From: Albugo candida
Taxonomy: Eukaryota
NCBI GenBank assembly: GCA_040437565.1
Contig: JBDOQK010000071.1
Coordinates: 1-64,000, forward strand
DNA length: 64,000 bases
Direction: 5' to 3'
Position numbers and translations under genes: made by a program. Below, piece after piece: positions 52,061 to 64,000 of this stretch. The notes beneath the pieces are model-generated. The model searched no databases. It was not told where the DNA came from and saw nothing but the letters and a program-made list of their open reading frames with translations. How positions within the stretch are numbered: the stretch's first letter is position 1; every line of letters begins with the position of its first letter.

Positions 52061-53403
52061 CTGCGCTATTTTTAATGTAAATGTACGTTGTTTTCGGCTG
52101 ATTGGTTCATGTGCATGCACACTATATGAGACAATTTTGGATGTGTGGATATATATTGCTAAAGTAGCGTGAACACACCCGCGACGGCAATTCAAGCAGA
52201 ATCAGATGCATCTGTCGCCGTCCAGGAATTTTCTTATGATGAAATAAAGGCGGCGATGACGCAGAATGAGAATCTGCTGCCCAGCGCGTGCGGTGACGAC
52301 CTGGAGAGGTTGCAGGAATGTCGATCGAAAGGAGTGCCACGTGAAGTTTCCGGTGCACGAATTGTTTGATGTGGATCGGAAGTTCACGCTATTTGATTCA
52401 AATCAGGACGTATTCACTGAATTGCTTCACAGTCTTTCGATATTGCCTACAATATGATTGCACATGTTTCCAACATACAAATCTCGCGTTTTTGAGTCAA
52501 TTGTATGCCGCAAACCATTTCATCAGCCTCATGGCTGTATTTAATCCCTTTTGATATTCAGACACTTGCAACTTAGTACGGAGTACACGCAACAGAGTGT
52601 GCAGAACACTGCGCAGGAACTGGATCAGAATTAGGATGACTTAGTGGAAACACGACTTGTATAGAGTCCAATCCTAAAACTGTCGCGTACTCGAGTTCAA
52701 ATGTTTATGAGACGCTTATGGATGCGATTGTACCAGCGCTCATGACATCAATCGGCAAGGTTACTTGACTTAAATGAGAATAACGAGTGGTTGTATGCAT
52801 AAAAGGCTAGAAGGCGACCAGTAGGAGTACCGACTAGGATACGAGTGCAGCATGCCACTTGATAGACTACCTTATGTCCTTGTCGCACTAATGAGTGTAA
52901 CCTTGTGACATGACCATGATTGATGTCACGATGTTACAAGTCGACCACACTCTTTCCGGATCAGATTTCTGGAACAGACACATAGGGATAGGTTGGAGGT
53001 AGGACATGCAATTGGTATTTTCCCTATAGAACCCTAGATGCTCGGAATTATACAGAGTCGTTACGTATATATGAAACTGTTCATTACGTTATCATTTCTC
53101 TCAACTGCAGAGGCCACACCGACGTTTGGGGCTGATTCACGTTTAACGCACGCCTGCATTATATGAGTCCCTATAGCATGTAAAGGCATATTCGTTGTTT
53201 GCGCCTTCCACGCAGCTGATCAGTGAGTATGTATTCTTATAACTCGTTTGTATAGTGAGCGTTGTCACCCCACGCAGCCGTATACCGCTTTTTGTGCAGT
53301 GTGAGTAGCGTTATAAAACTGTATTTTTCAAAAGTGTGAGTGACTGAATTCTAATCGTTTTGTTGAGACTCGACTTAGTTTTGAATGCGCTAGACCTTTA
53401 TTC

Positions 53404-54127
53404 CGTATTTGTTGTGTCTGTGTACCACTATTATATACACGATCATACACTTCTTGAATCCTTCCAGTACTGTGCGATACAATCACTTGTAATATAACAG
53501 CACACAATACCATCATCCCTCAGGTTTTACAAATTTATTCCTCATCCAGCTTTTCGTCTATCCTTGCGACGCACTCATGCATTCCACCACGAACCGTAAA
53601 TTACAATGTAGTACTTGGAGAAGAACACACTACTTCTCAGTGCTTCTATATTGTGTATATCTCTTCGTCCAAACTCATGGTGAGTTACTTGCTTCCATGC
53701 ACTATTTGAGTCTATNNNNNNNNNNNNNNNNNNNNNNNNNNNNNNNNNNNNNNNNNNNNNNNNNNNNNNNNNNNNNNNNNNNNNNNNNNNNNNNNNNNNN
53801 NNNNNNNNNNNNNNNCGTATTTGTTGTGTCTGTGTACCACTATTATATACACGATCATACACTTCTTGAATCCTTCCAGTACTGTGCGATACAATCACTT
53901 GTAATATAACAGCACACAATACCATCATCCCTCAGGTTTTACAAATTTATTCCTCATCCAGCTTTTCGTCTATCCTTGCGACGCACTCATGCATTCCACC
54001 ACGAACCGTAAATTACAATGTAGTACTTGGAGAAGAACACACTACTTCTCAGTGCTTCTATATTGTGTATATCTCTTCGTCCAAACTCATGGTGAGTTAC
54101 TTGCTTCCATGCACTATTTGAGTCTAT
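53404..54127. repeat. Exact 312-bp duplication flanking gap 53716-53815 (artefact)
   Basis: 53404-53715 is identical to 53816-54127. Confidence 0.9.
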
Positions 54128-55314
54128 TCTTTTGACTCGATTATTTTATAGGTGAAGGAGCTCAACCTGGAGCGCCACCACCACCACCTCCGCCACCGGC
54201 AGCGGCACCACCACCTCCACCGCCACCACCTGCACCACCGGCAGCACCACCCGCAGGAACCCCTCCACCACCACCACCACCGCCTGCAGCGCCATCGGCA
54301 GCACCTCCACCACCTCCACCACCACCTGCAACGCCACCAGCTGCGCCACCAGGACCACCACCGCCCGCACCTCCTCCTCCACCACCAGCTCCAGCTCCTC
54401 CTGGTGCCCCACCGCTCGAAGCCGCAGTTGTACCTGAAGTCGCTGCACCGGGAGTACCACCTGGGACGACTCCGCCAAACGTACCACCGGGACCACTTCC
54501 AACTGGTACGTTCCCTACCGACCCGGATAATACGCAGAGTCCCACCGCACCATCACTTAAACCGGTACCGACAAGTACGTCGTCTAAAAGCGGCGGTATC
54601 TCAACTATTGCTATCGTTTGTATCATTTTGGCAATTTTAATTGTGATATGTGGGATTGCATACTTTGTGTACCGCTCACACGGTAAACGAAAACAAATTG
54701 CAAAGCCGTACAGTGACTTTGCACCGTCATCTTCACCGACGACTAGTATAGGAAAAGGTCGTGAAACTAAACAGTTTTACAACAAGCGTGAAGAGCGGCA
54801 TGATTCCGCACGGGCAACACCACAATCAGAAATCGTAATTTTGCAGAAAGGAACGGTATCCGTTGGAACTTCGGAAAGTTTGCGACCGAGTCAATCGACG
54901 AATTCATTGTACAACACGCATAACCCATCTCCTAATTTAGCGTATGGGTCACATCGACAACCCAACAAAGTGGCCACTTCAAGTGCGAGCACGATGCATT
55001 CGTTTGCGGAATCGTATCGTGACCGTCCCTCTGCCGACTCCTTTCATGAGAAGTTCTCTATTGCCGAATCGTATCAAGAGAAATACTCCATTGCCGAGTC
55101 GTACCAAGACAAGCTGTCAATAGCTGGAAGTGATATATCTTCTGAGGACAACGTTAACAAGCTGCCTAAGAAAAAATCACAATGGGCAGAAGCAATGACT
55201 ACAGGACCACGAGATACGTCCGATAGTTATGCGATGTTAGGATCCTCGTTTGGATCGGTACGTGATTCTAGGTTTTCACGAATTTCTAGGTACTCGTCGG
55301 ATTCACGTGTATGA
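53989..55314 (+). CDS. Type-I membrane protein with a polyproline/Ala-Pro ectodomain (421 aa)
   Basis: Exon 1 (53989-54091) encodes a signal-like segment. Intron 54092-54151 (GTGAGT..ATAG). Exon 2 reads EGAQPGAPPPPPPPPAAAPPPP..., then TM ISTIAIVCIILAILIVICGIAYFVY, basic RSHGKRK and a Ser-rich tail. The ORF track lists only the C-terminal part. Confidence 0.85.
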
Positions 55315-55450
55315 GATATCCTAAAATTGAACAGACTAAGAATGGTATAGTATACACATTATACGATGGCTGATTGGATTTAAAGCCTTATAGTGTGTAG
55401 TAAGTCATATCACCTTGCTTTTGCTTTATATATAGCTATTATGTAAATGA

Positions 55451-57069
55451 TTAATTGCGCTTCTTGCCCCCTTTTGCTGCAGGAAATTGTAGAGGTATCG
55501 ATAAGACAGCACATTGGGCGCTGCCGCCCTTCTTGGACTTTAAGGAAGTATTTTGGTATACACCCCGCTTCAGTGATGTGTCACTAGGCATTTTTTCAAT
55601 GTGACACCCTATTTGGCGACAATGGTTGGCCAATCTGCACAGCAAAATCAGGATAAATGTACATCGATCCTACTATGATGTTGTCGTACGTGAGTGGTGA
55701 CTTTTTCAAATCCGATGCAAGTTCTGCGAGCTGGACGGTGTAATTATTCATTGTCAATGCCATGATCAAAATATACAGAAGCAGTTTGTCCTTGTGGGTT
55801 TTGGCTTGCAGATACCTATCGATAAGTTTGTCAATTCCGATCACGTGGTAGCATGCAAACGTACGTTGTGGGTCCATCGGGTTCGTGTTTGACTTCGGCA
55901 AATGTACTTAGCAGGTGTCGCATAAGTGCAATTGATATGTCGTGCTCTTCACTCAGCGTTTTGCAGGAAGCCCGGTGCAGAGGAAACTTCAGTTGATAGA
56001 ATCGATATAATGCTGTATAGTATACGAATCCTAAGAATTTGACATCTTCCGAACAAGTTTCCGAATTCCAAGATGAGATCACCCGAGTTGCAAAGATGCC
56101 GAATCTCTCTGAGTTTATCCCAGACGCAATATTACTTGATAAAACTTTTTCGTACTCGTGAGCCTTCACTTTGAGCGACTCAATGTTCGCATGATCCAGA
56201 ACTAGAACAGTTTTAGTTGAAAGCGCTATATACCGAGTATACGATATGCTTACTATTCGACAAAGCGTATACTTTTTCAGGTACAGTTGCGTCCATATTA
56301 CAAGGCGGAAGGAGGGCATTCAGTTGATTCGCTATGAAAAAAGTCAACATACGTGCAATCGCACAAAAGTCAAAAGCCTTACCGTTGAGAGCTGTTGGCG
56401 CTTTCTGCTCAGCCTCCTGTATTCTCATGTGTAGGGTGCTGGCGATTGCTTGCCCTCCACTGACATTCTCCGCTTGCAGTCGATTTTCCATTCTGCTTTT
56501 AACGATGCGTTGACTCTTTTTGCTACCGAACTTATCCACGAGTTCCTGTCGTCGTTTTTCTCGAGTCTCTTTTGTCTTTTGTAGATCTTCAATTTCATCC
56601 TCCGAATCCTGCTGATCATTGATATTCTTGATTGTTTGCTGCATGACGTAGACTTGAGGTACATCAATCAAACGCACGGATTTGGTTGTTTTGTCGAATA
56701 CACCAAGCACATAGCTAAAGGGAAGGAAAGCTCCGTTAGGTTCGTAGATATATACGACATCAAAATCGTACTTTGCAGAGTCATTGAGATTGCTCATGTA
56801 CCCAAAGTTCGCTGCCTGATATGCTACTCTATCGGTTGATGCGACCACTAAACGCTGTTTTTTATTCACGTGCTGATACATTTGAAACCCGAATTTGGAG
56901 AGATCTTCTGTTGGAGGTAAAGGACCACCACGGAAGGTTGCTACATGAAATATATCGGTATTGTTTTAGCTGTCAGCATACAACATTCAATCTGGTACTA
57001 GATACCCAGAAAAGGAGCAACATCATCGTCTTTGGTGTCATAATGCATACGAACTCTTTGTCTGCCCAT
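55451..57069 (-). CDS. RPA49: RNA polymerase I subunit RPA49/PAF53
   Basis: YVLGVFDK, LVDKFGSKKSQR, LPPCNMDA..PEKVY, DKLLLYILIMAL, LASDLK and CRQIGC. Multi-exon. Confidence 0.88.
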
Positions 57070-57424
57070 TTTGATGCTTTACTATCCGCCAATCAAATTT
57101 GTAATGGCATCATGTCTTTTTTCTTTTCACCCAATCAACATTTCTAAGTAATAGTCAGTTTGATTCGCTGTAAGATTTGCTTTCATCCAATCAGCTCAGG
57201 TATACATAATCAGCCAACGCGTGTCTGATTCAATAATTGAACCAATCNNNNNNNNNNNNNNNNNNNNNNNNNNNNNNNNNNNNNNNNNNNNNNNNNNNNN
57301 NNNNNNNNNNNNNNNNNNNNNNNNNNNNNNNNNNNNNNNNNNNNNNNCGTGTCTGATTCAATAATTGAACCAATCACTATGATCAAACACTGAGAAGCCA
57401 TTCTGATTCGGCTAGAGCTTGGTC
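57070..57424. promoter_or_regulatory. Bidirectional promoter with clustered CCAAT boxes (RPA49/CAPZB)
   Basis: CCAATC at ~57089, 57132, 57187 and 57242/57370 (the last pair duplicated by the gap). Similar boxes lie upstream of hisD, TSR3, DAP3 and the SWSAP1-like gene. Confidence 0.65.
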
Positions 57425-58303
57425 ATGGAGTCTGCGAAGATGAACGCTTGCCTGAAGCTGATGCGACGCATGCCGCCGCAGAGTGTTGAAGCTAACTTAC
57501 TAAAGCTTAGTCAACTGAATCCTTCTCTCACGGAGGAACTGTATCAGCGGATTGATCAGCCGCTACAGATTGCAATGGATCCAAAAGACGGTCGTCCGTA
57601 CCTCTTATGCGACTATAATCGCGACGGAGATTCATATCGATCACCATGGTCTAACGAGTATTATCCCGAAGTTTCTTATATCGACAAATTGTTTTATCCA
57701 TCGGAGCGGATTCGAACTTTAGAGAAACAAGCCAATGAATTATTCGACGTTTATCGCGAGTTATATTATCAAGGCGGTGTATCGTCAGCGTACTTATGGG
57801 ACATAGGAAAAGGACTTGCAGCATGCGTCGTATTTAAGAAAGATATCACCCAACATCGATACTTAACTGGGGGAAGTTGGAATTCGATCCACATTATACA
57901 AGTTCAAGAAGATAATGTAGGATCTAATTCAAGTAGCGACAACACTAAATCTCGAACGGCATCCTATCAGTTAACTACGAGCATCCTCTTGGCGATGAAT
58001 ATTAATCGTCCAGTGTTGGGCGATTTGCATCTTAATGGGTCCCTGACACGCCAATGTGAACGAAAATTGGAGTACCAAGACTCTTTCTCTCATTTGGGGA
58101 ATATCGGGCGTATGATTGAGGATTTGGAAAATGATATGCGTTCCTCGTTGGATACATTGTATATTTCCAAGACGAAAGAAGTGGTCCACAGTATGCGTCA
58201 AGTCCAGCAGCATGAGACTGGTGCAGCGGGTCAGAATGCTTTTGTAGGAGAGTTGGCTAGTGCTGTCAAACAACATCGCCAAACCCCGTCTCAAGCGTCT
58301 TGA
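57425..58303 (+). CDS. CAPZB: F-actin capping protein beta subunit
   Basis: LMRRMPP, YLLCDYNRDGDSYRSPWSN, YRELYYQGGVSSAYLWD and NIGRMIED. Confidence 0.97.
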   Translation: MESAKMNACLKLMRRMPPQSVEANLLKLSQLNPSLTEELYQRIDQPLQIAMDPKDGRPYLLCDYNRDGDSYRSPWSNEYYPEVSYIDKLFYPSERIRTLEKQANELFDVYRELYYQGGVSSAYLWDIGKGLAACVVFKKDITQHRYLTGGSWNSIHIIQVQEDNVGSNSSSDNTKSRTASYQLTTSILLAMNINRPVLGDLHLNGSLTRQCERKLEYQDSFSHLGNIGRMIEDLENDMRSSLDTLYISKTKEVVHSMRQVQQHETGAAGQNAFVGELASAVKQHRQTPSQAS

Positions 58304-59277
58304 TGCTGGCAATCACGTTTACCAGCTGAAAAGCTTTTTGTTCGTGTTTGCTACGAGTTGATATCCGATAATGAATGACTTTATCGTGTTCGTATTCTTC
58401 ATATCCTTCCCGTACTTTGGTCAACTCAAATAGTGTACCCTTTTCATCTACGGCACAAAATCAGACAAGTATCAGATTTTCGTATTCTGAGAACGCACCA
58501 ATTGATCTGATACTTAAAAAACGGCACCACCTTTGAAGAGCGTCAGATTCGAAATGCTGCTGAAACCATAACGAATCCGTATCAGCAGTCATCACCAGTT
58601 GTGCAATATTCTTCTCTTTTTGCCGCTTTTGCATATACTGTAGTGCCTCATAGGAGTAAGCAAAGGTAGCATATAGTTGAGCTCTTTCTTGACNNNNNNN
58701 NNNNNNNNNNNNNNNNNNNNNNNNNNNNNNNNNNNNNNNNNNNNNNNNNNNNNNNNNNNNNNNNNNNNNNNNNNNNNNNNNNNNNNNNNNNNNGCATGAG
58801 ACTGGTGCAGCGGGTCAGAATGCTTTTGTAGGAGAGTTGGCTAGTGCTGTCAAACAACATCGCCAAACCCCGTCTCAAGCGTCTTGATGCTGGCAATCAC
58901 GTTTACCAGCTGAAAAGCTTTTTGTTCGTGTTTGCTACGAGTTGATATCCGATAATGAATGACTTTATCGTGTTCGTATTCTTCATATCCTTCCCGTACT
59001 TTGGTCAACTCAAATAGTGTACCCTTTTCATCTACGGCACAAAATCAGACAAGTATCAGATTTTCGTATTCTGAGAACGCACCAATTGATCTGATACTTA
59101 AAAAACGGCACCACCTTTGAAGAGCGTCAGATTCGAAATGCTGCTGAAACCATAACGAATCCGTATCAGCAGTCATCACCAGTTGTGCAATATTCTTCTC
59201 TTTTTGCCGCTTTTGCATATACTGTAGTGCCTCATAGGAGTAAGCAAAGGTAGCATATAGTTGAGCTCTTTCTTGAC
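58210..59277. repeat. Exact 484-bp duplication flanking gap 58694-58793 (artefact)
   Basis: 58210-58693 is identical to 58794-59277. Confidence 0.9.
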
Positions 59278-59724
59278 CACTGCGGTTACACGTTACGTTT
59301 GTCACTAGGTGCGTGAGCGAACTTACTCGAGAAAGTCATGTAGGTGATCAATGAGTAGAACGGAAATAGGCTCGTTAAGTAAATGCAATGAGCAAAGAAA
59401 TTGCTGCAATTCTGCACAATTCTGTAAATACTTGATTGAGACTTGTTGCCACGTCCATCGATCTCTACCGGTTTGTATCGGTTTCGTGCAACATGCACAA
59501 GGTGTGATCAATAATGGATGTGCTCCGAATGTCGTTGAACGGAATCGGACGAGCAGTACTGAGTGCCGCTTTATCACTTGCGTAAATGCGTACTGAAATA
59601 AAAGCGAAGTCTTCTCACTCTTTGAGGGACCGTACAATAGCGTAAGCGCACCCATCTCACCGCATTCCTTTCGTGTTTTATCCACTTTTTCGTGTGTGAA
59701 AAAATCTTCCAAATCCATTATCAT
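58850..59724 (-). CDS. Small RecA/RAD51-paralog-like protein, SWSAP1-like
   Basis: LLYGPSKSEKTSLLFQYA (degenerate Walker A), IKYL...LQQFLCSLH and VLLIDHLHDFL (Walker B) follow the SWSAP1 layout. Two inferred ~50-nt introns. Confidence 0.7.
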
Positions 59725-60999
59725 GATATCATCCAATCATAATGTCTTTGTCATGATTGGCTTAAAATAAAGTTGAAGTTGCCTTTGCAACAATTCTCAA
59801 TGAAGCACATTCATTCTTTAACCAAACGGTCTATTCGACTGAAAAGGGAATAGGCAAAGAAGAGGTAGATCTCTGCACCATAATCGTCCTCGCTTTCAAA
59901 CTCCAGAGTCAGTAAACTAAGTGCGCAAACAACGGACCTGCATTCCGATGCAAAAGGGATTGTCATCAGATTTTACGAAAGATATCCCTTCTCTCATTGG
60001 CAATGCTTGGATTCGAGTGATTGACTTCTTCATATGCCCAGCTTATTTGTATACATAAATGAAAGGTACCCGTTTTTCAGCTAGTCCTCTATTAGAGCAG
60101 AACATCCGTCTCTAATAGGAGTCCGCGTTTAATTGAAGTATATCCAGCAGGCTCGATTACCTAATTTGACGTTCATTACCGCGAGTTGAGGGCATTTATC
60201 TACTCGAAGCTAGGATGATGATCACACGTGCATCTGCAATCATTTTCGAGTTCGGAAGAAAGACATCTAATTGTCTTTTCTTTTCAAGCCAGCTCAGCGC
60301 GGTATTCTTGTGGGTATAGTGACGAATTTGTGTGCTGTGGGCGGCATCTATCACGGAAAGTGCTGAAGTTGTCGGAGTTGCTGATCGCTTGGGACGATAT
60401 GGAGTGCTCACTTACTGAATGCCAGTCATATGTCAAAACGAGTTACATGGTTACTTTCCTTCCGTCGATATGTTTGATACAATAGCACATGCAATATTCG
60501 TCCAATTTTACCCAAAGGATAAGATTGATATCAAGTGGAAGTCCCTCTGGTCAAAATATGCTCTGCTTTCACACTCGAAGGAGATATATCAAGTTGATTC
60601 AACTAGTCCACGAACTGAACTTAAAAAGCTGAACGGAATTGCAGATCTTCAGAATTGGTGATGTAAGTCCTGGAGAATTTCTTGATTCTGTCATAAAGTC
60701 TGGATCCATTTATGTGGCTAGTGTCATACTACCGTGATTTCGTCTACATTTTCATTGCGTCAAAAGTCTCTAAAACAATTCAGGAGAAAATTAATCCAAA
60801 ACGTATCGGAGAAAGTACTCGGCTTGGTTTAAGTCGCTGTGTCTCGCCTAATCGTACGATACAAAAAAGTCTTTCAAGCTTACGAGTTTTGCATTGCTTA
60901 TGATGGATTTCTGTCGGTAAACCAAGCGATACTACTGACTAACTGAGTGTCAGTGATCCACTGCATCAATTGCCCCCTCGTGTACTCGGAAGTATTTCT

Positions 61000-61547
61000 G
61001 ATATCCCTTCAAGCATTCATCCTCTGGTCCACATGCAATCTGAAATGGAATGAGTCACTACCGAATTTGAACGCATTGGGGCCACTACACTCCAATTTCC
61101 AGTTCAAGCGGCATTTTTACATTTATATACAACCGCTCTCACATCAAATCTCATGTGAGAGAAACAGACTTTAATTCTCGGTATCTACCGACACGCTTTA
61201 TGGTGTTCTCATTTGTCGCTAATNNNNNNNNNNNNNNNNNNNNNNNNNNNNNNNNNNNNNNNNNNNNNNNNNNNNNNNNNNNNNNNNNNNNNNNNNNNNN
61301 NNNNNNNNNNNNNNNNNNNNNNNGATATCCCTTCAAGCATTCATCCTCTGGTCCACATGCAATCTGAAATGGAATGAGTCACTACCGAATTTGAACGCAT
61401 TGGGGCCACTACACTCCAATTTCCAGTTCAAGCGGCATTTTTACATTTATATACAACCGCTCTCACATCAAATCTCATGTGAGAGAAACAGACTTTAATT
61501 CTCGGTATCTACCGACACGCTTTATGGTGTTCTCATTTGTCGCTAAT
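61000..61547. repeat. Exact 224-bp duplication flanking gap 61224-61323 (artefact)
   Basis: 61000-61223 is identical to 61324-61547. Confidence 0.9.
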
Positions 61548-62399
61548 GAATCAAAAGACGAGAGACAATTTACATGAGTCGAAACATGTGATGAATGTTC
61601 TCCTCTAAACGGCTTTGGTTAAAAAGACCGAACGTCACACAGTCCATCGATCGTATACTTATCGACAAGCAAGGTGTATAGTCCAACTAACTCGAGCGAT
61701 AGACTCACGGAATCTGAAGTATCAATAGAGTTGGATAGCCAATGCCGTCAATAGCGACTATGAAGCTTGTAGCATTCATCCTTCTTCCACATCCAATTGA
61801 TCCATCGATCCATCGAGACAGTATGTATCATAACGTGGATAAAGGAGGGACGATATCATTGGATCAGCATCACAAAATCGTAACATTAAAAGTCGAAAAG
61901 ACCAAATATCAGATGATTTACTTTGTATCATATGTTCCAAAGGAAAGCACCATATCATTCCCACACAAAACAGCCCATTTCAATATTCCAAGCAATACAA
62001 TCCAAAAGTAGAAGAGAATGTCGATTATATAATTTGATAAATCCAAACAGTGCGATAAGAACACTCGACAAAGAATTCTAAGGCTATCACTCAAAGTATT
62101 AGATCGGGTCTATAACTTATAATAAAGTGAAAACCATCGAATAGATTTGAAATAAAAGGAGCATTTTGCAGCACGTTCACATCATCTTTTTCAATACGAT
62201 CGAAAATCAATATAAAAATCGCAACGATCTCATTTTCAATGATATAACATTCCACACAGAAAATAAACGTGTTGTCGTCTAAAGCGCTCCTTCCGCTCAC
62301 TTTGAAAATCGACAATTCCATACACAAACCTGTCCTTCAAGCGGGTAAAGTAAACTGGAAACACGCTTCTCGTTCGCAGCTATTCCATTCGCTGATGAA

Positions 62400-63175
62400 A
62401 TGTCAGCAATCCCAACTATACCACAAATAGTGTGTCCCACACTCTTCCTCCCAACGAGAGAAATGCGTTCGATGAAACTCTCAATGACGCCGCTGCGCCA
62501 TTTAAGCAAACACACTCGTGGAATTTCAACTGTAAAGCTACCCGATCTCCCATATGACTACTCGGCACTGGAACCTGTCATTTCTGGCCAAATAATGGAG
62601 CTGCATCACGCGAAACACCACCAAACGTACGTGAATGGATACAACCAAGCTTTGGAGCAGTACCATGACGCAGAAGAGAAAAAAGAGTATGGGAAAATGA
62701 TTGCACTACAACCTGCCCTCAAATTCAACGGAGGAGGACATATCAATCACTCCATTTTTTGGACCAATTTGACTCCAAAAACTCATGCGACAGAGCCCAC
62801 GGGCGCGCTTAACGATGCGATCGCAAGTGAATTTGGATCGTTGGAAGCGCTTCAGAGTCAATTCAACGCTAAAACTGTCGCTATCCAAGGGTCAGGATGG
62901 GGATGGCTTGGATTTTGCAAGCAGCAGAAGCGTCTTGTTATTACAACGCTTCCCAATCAAGATCCATTGGCTACCACGGGTCTAATTCCTCTGCTCGGGT
63001 GCGTTTTCTTTGATTGAATTTTTATGGATTCTGATTGTATTGCTGCAGAATTGATGTCTGGGAACATGCATACTACTTGCAGTATAAAAATGTCCGTGCG
63101 GATTACTTGAAATCCATTTGGCAAATTATCAATTGGAAAAATGTTGCAGAACGCTTCCAAGTTGCAAAGGCTTGA
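62400..63175 (+). CDS. SOD2: Mitochondrial Mn superoxide dismutase
   Basis: [34 protein letters not shown] and DVWEHAYY. Intron 62999-63048. The start may instead be 62463. Confidence 0.97.
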
Positions 63176-63590
63176 AAAAACGTATTCTGTGAGAAATAAT
63201 GAAAAATGAGAAGAATTGCTCTCTGAATGTGGCTCTTTTTTTCTGTGCATCTCATAAAACGATACAAGGGCAAAGGTACGCTCGGAATGCCTCTATAGAC
63301 GTGAGATCTCCTTTCTCCGATGGATTTGACTGCGGGCACGTCATTTCCATACAAAAAGTAAGTCAAAGTAGGACTGCAACTCAGTTATTCGCAAATCGAT
63401 GACATTTGTCACTGAATCCGTTCCAAAAAGTATATGAGTCGATACGACTGCTTTTATTTCATCAAAACGCCCAAATTCCAATCGGTAGCCCAGCGACAAA
63501 CTCCTACTGAGCGAATTGTCTTTTGTGGAGAAAGAAGAAATCTGCAGAGGCGTCGACCCAAATGTAAGGAATCACTAAAAAGCATCACAT

Positions 63591-64000
63591 TTAATTATCG
63601 CCCAATAATTGTCGTAAAGCTTCCTGTTCTTCGAATGATTCCGCCGCTAAAATACGCCGATTATCGACAATTTTGATAATTTCTCCCGTCTTTGTGAATT
63701 GTATTATCAGATACACATATTCATTCTTCTTCATCGTCTGATTCACTTCAGCAAACACATACGCGTGTCCCAAAGGTCCTTTGATGTTATATTTGATACT
63801 ATGATCCAAATGTCAGCTCCAATACATTTCTATCATTTTCAAGTGTACCGAAGTCGTGGATTGCCGTCTTTATCTTTGAGGTCTACATGCTCGATACGAT
63901 TCCGACGACCTTCGCGATGCCCTCCATGATCGTGACCGTACCCGTGCACTGGCAAGCCAATACGGCTGGTAACCTATCCATTCATACGCAGTCAGACACA
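63591..64000 (-). CDS. TIM21: Mitochondrial import subunit TIM21 (3' part; continues beyond the window)
   Basis: IGLPVHGYG..GRRNRI, YNIKGPLGHAYVFAE, YVYLII and IVDNR. One intron at ~63803-63848. Confidence 0.8.

Noticed and set aside
52100..53400. Short ORFs upstream of DAP3
   Set aside because: All under 80 aa, in mixed frames, with no recognisable homology.
54146..54640. His-rich, Gly-rich and Val-rich ORFs
   Set aside because: Alternative-frame and antisense shadows of the CCA/CCT-rich polyproline exon.
59305..59326. Apparent 22-nt micro-intron in the SWSAP1-like gene
   Set aside because: A 47-nt intron to the next AG restores the frame and matches the local intron size.
59800..62330. 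Short ORFs and a 9-bp-stem hairpin near 60090-60118
   Set aside because: No motifs or coherent exon chain; the hairpin is short enough to arise by chance.
1..64000. CRISPR arrays, rRNA or tRNA genes, prokaryotic defence systems
   Set aside because: None seen. The DNA is intron-containing and eukaryotic, and the tRNA-like 13-mer at 21343 is a retrotransposon PBS.

Overview
Eukaryotic genomic DNA, most likely an oomycete (Albugo-like): ~43-60-nt GT-AG introns, very short intergenic spacers, a flagellar dynein gene and oomycete-type LTR retrotransposons. The window has two compartments. Positions 1-29.2 kb are gene-poor and contain decayed and nested LTR retrotransposons: a Copia element collapsed into a gap at 12.4-12.7 kb; a host Copia split in its RT by a second Copia and followed by a chromodomain Gypsy; and a further LTR inside that Gypsy. 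Positions 29.2-64 kb hold about 20 tightly packed genes: PIP5K, a PncC/CinA-like-nucleotidyltransferase fusion, a CXC/tesmin protein, WDR78, an NmrA-like protein, HisD, TSR3, DUF1295, CNOT9, ELP4, an SLC25 carrier, a C11orf65-like IQ protein, DAP3, a polyproline type-I membrane protein, RPA49, CAPZB, a SWSAP1-like protein, MnSOD and TIM21. There are eleven 100-N gaps, and most are flanked by exact duplications that look like assembly artefacts. I found no demonstrably new system. The best leads are the gag start codon embedded in the half-tRNA primer-binding site, the orphan polyproline receptor-like protein, the PncC-NadD-like fusion and the overlapping or abutting genes. All gene calls come from motif recognition by eye, with no database search.
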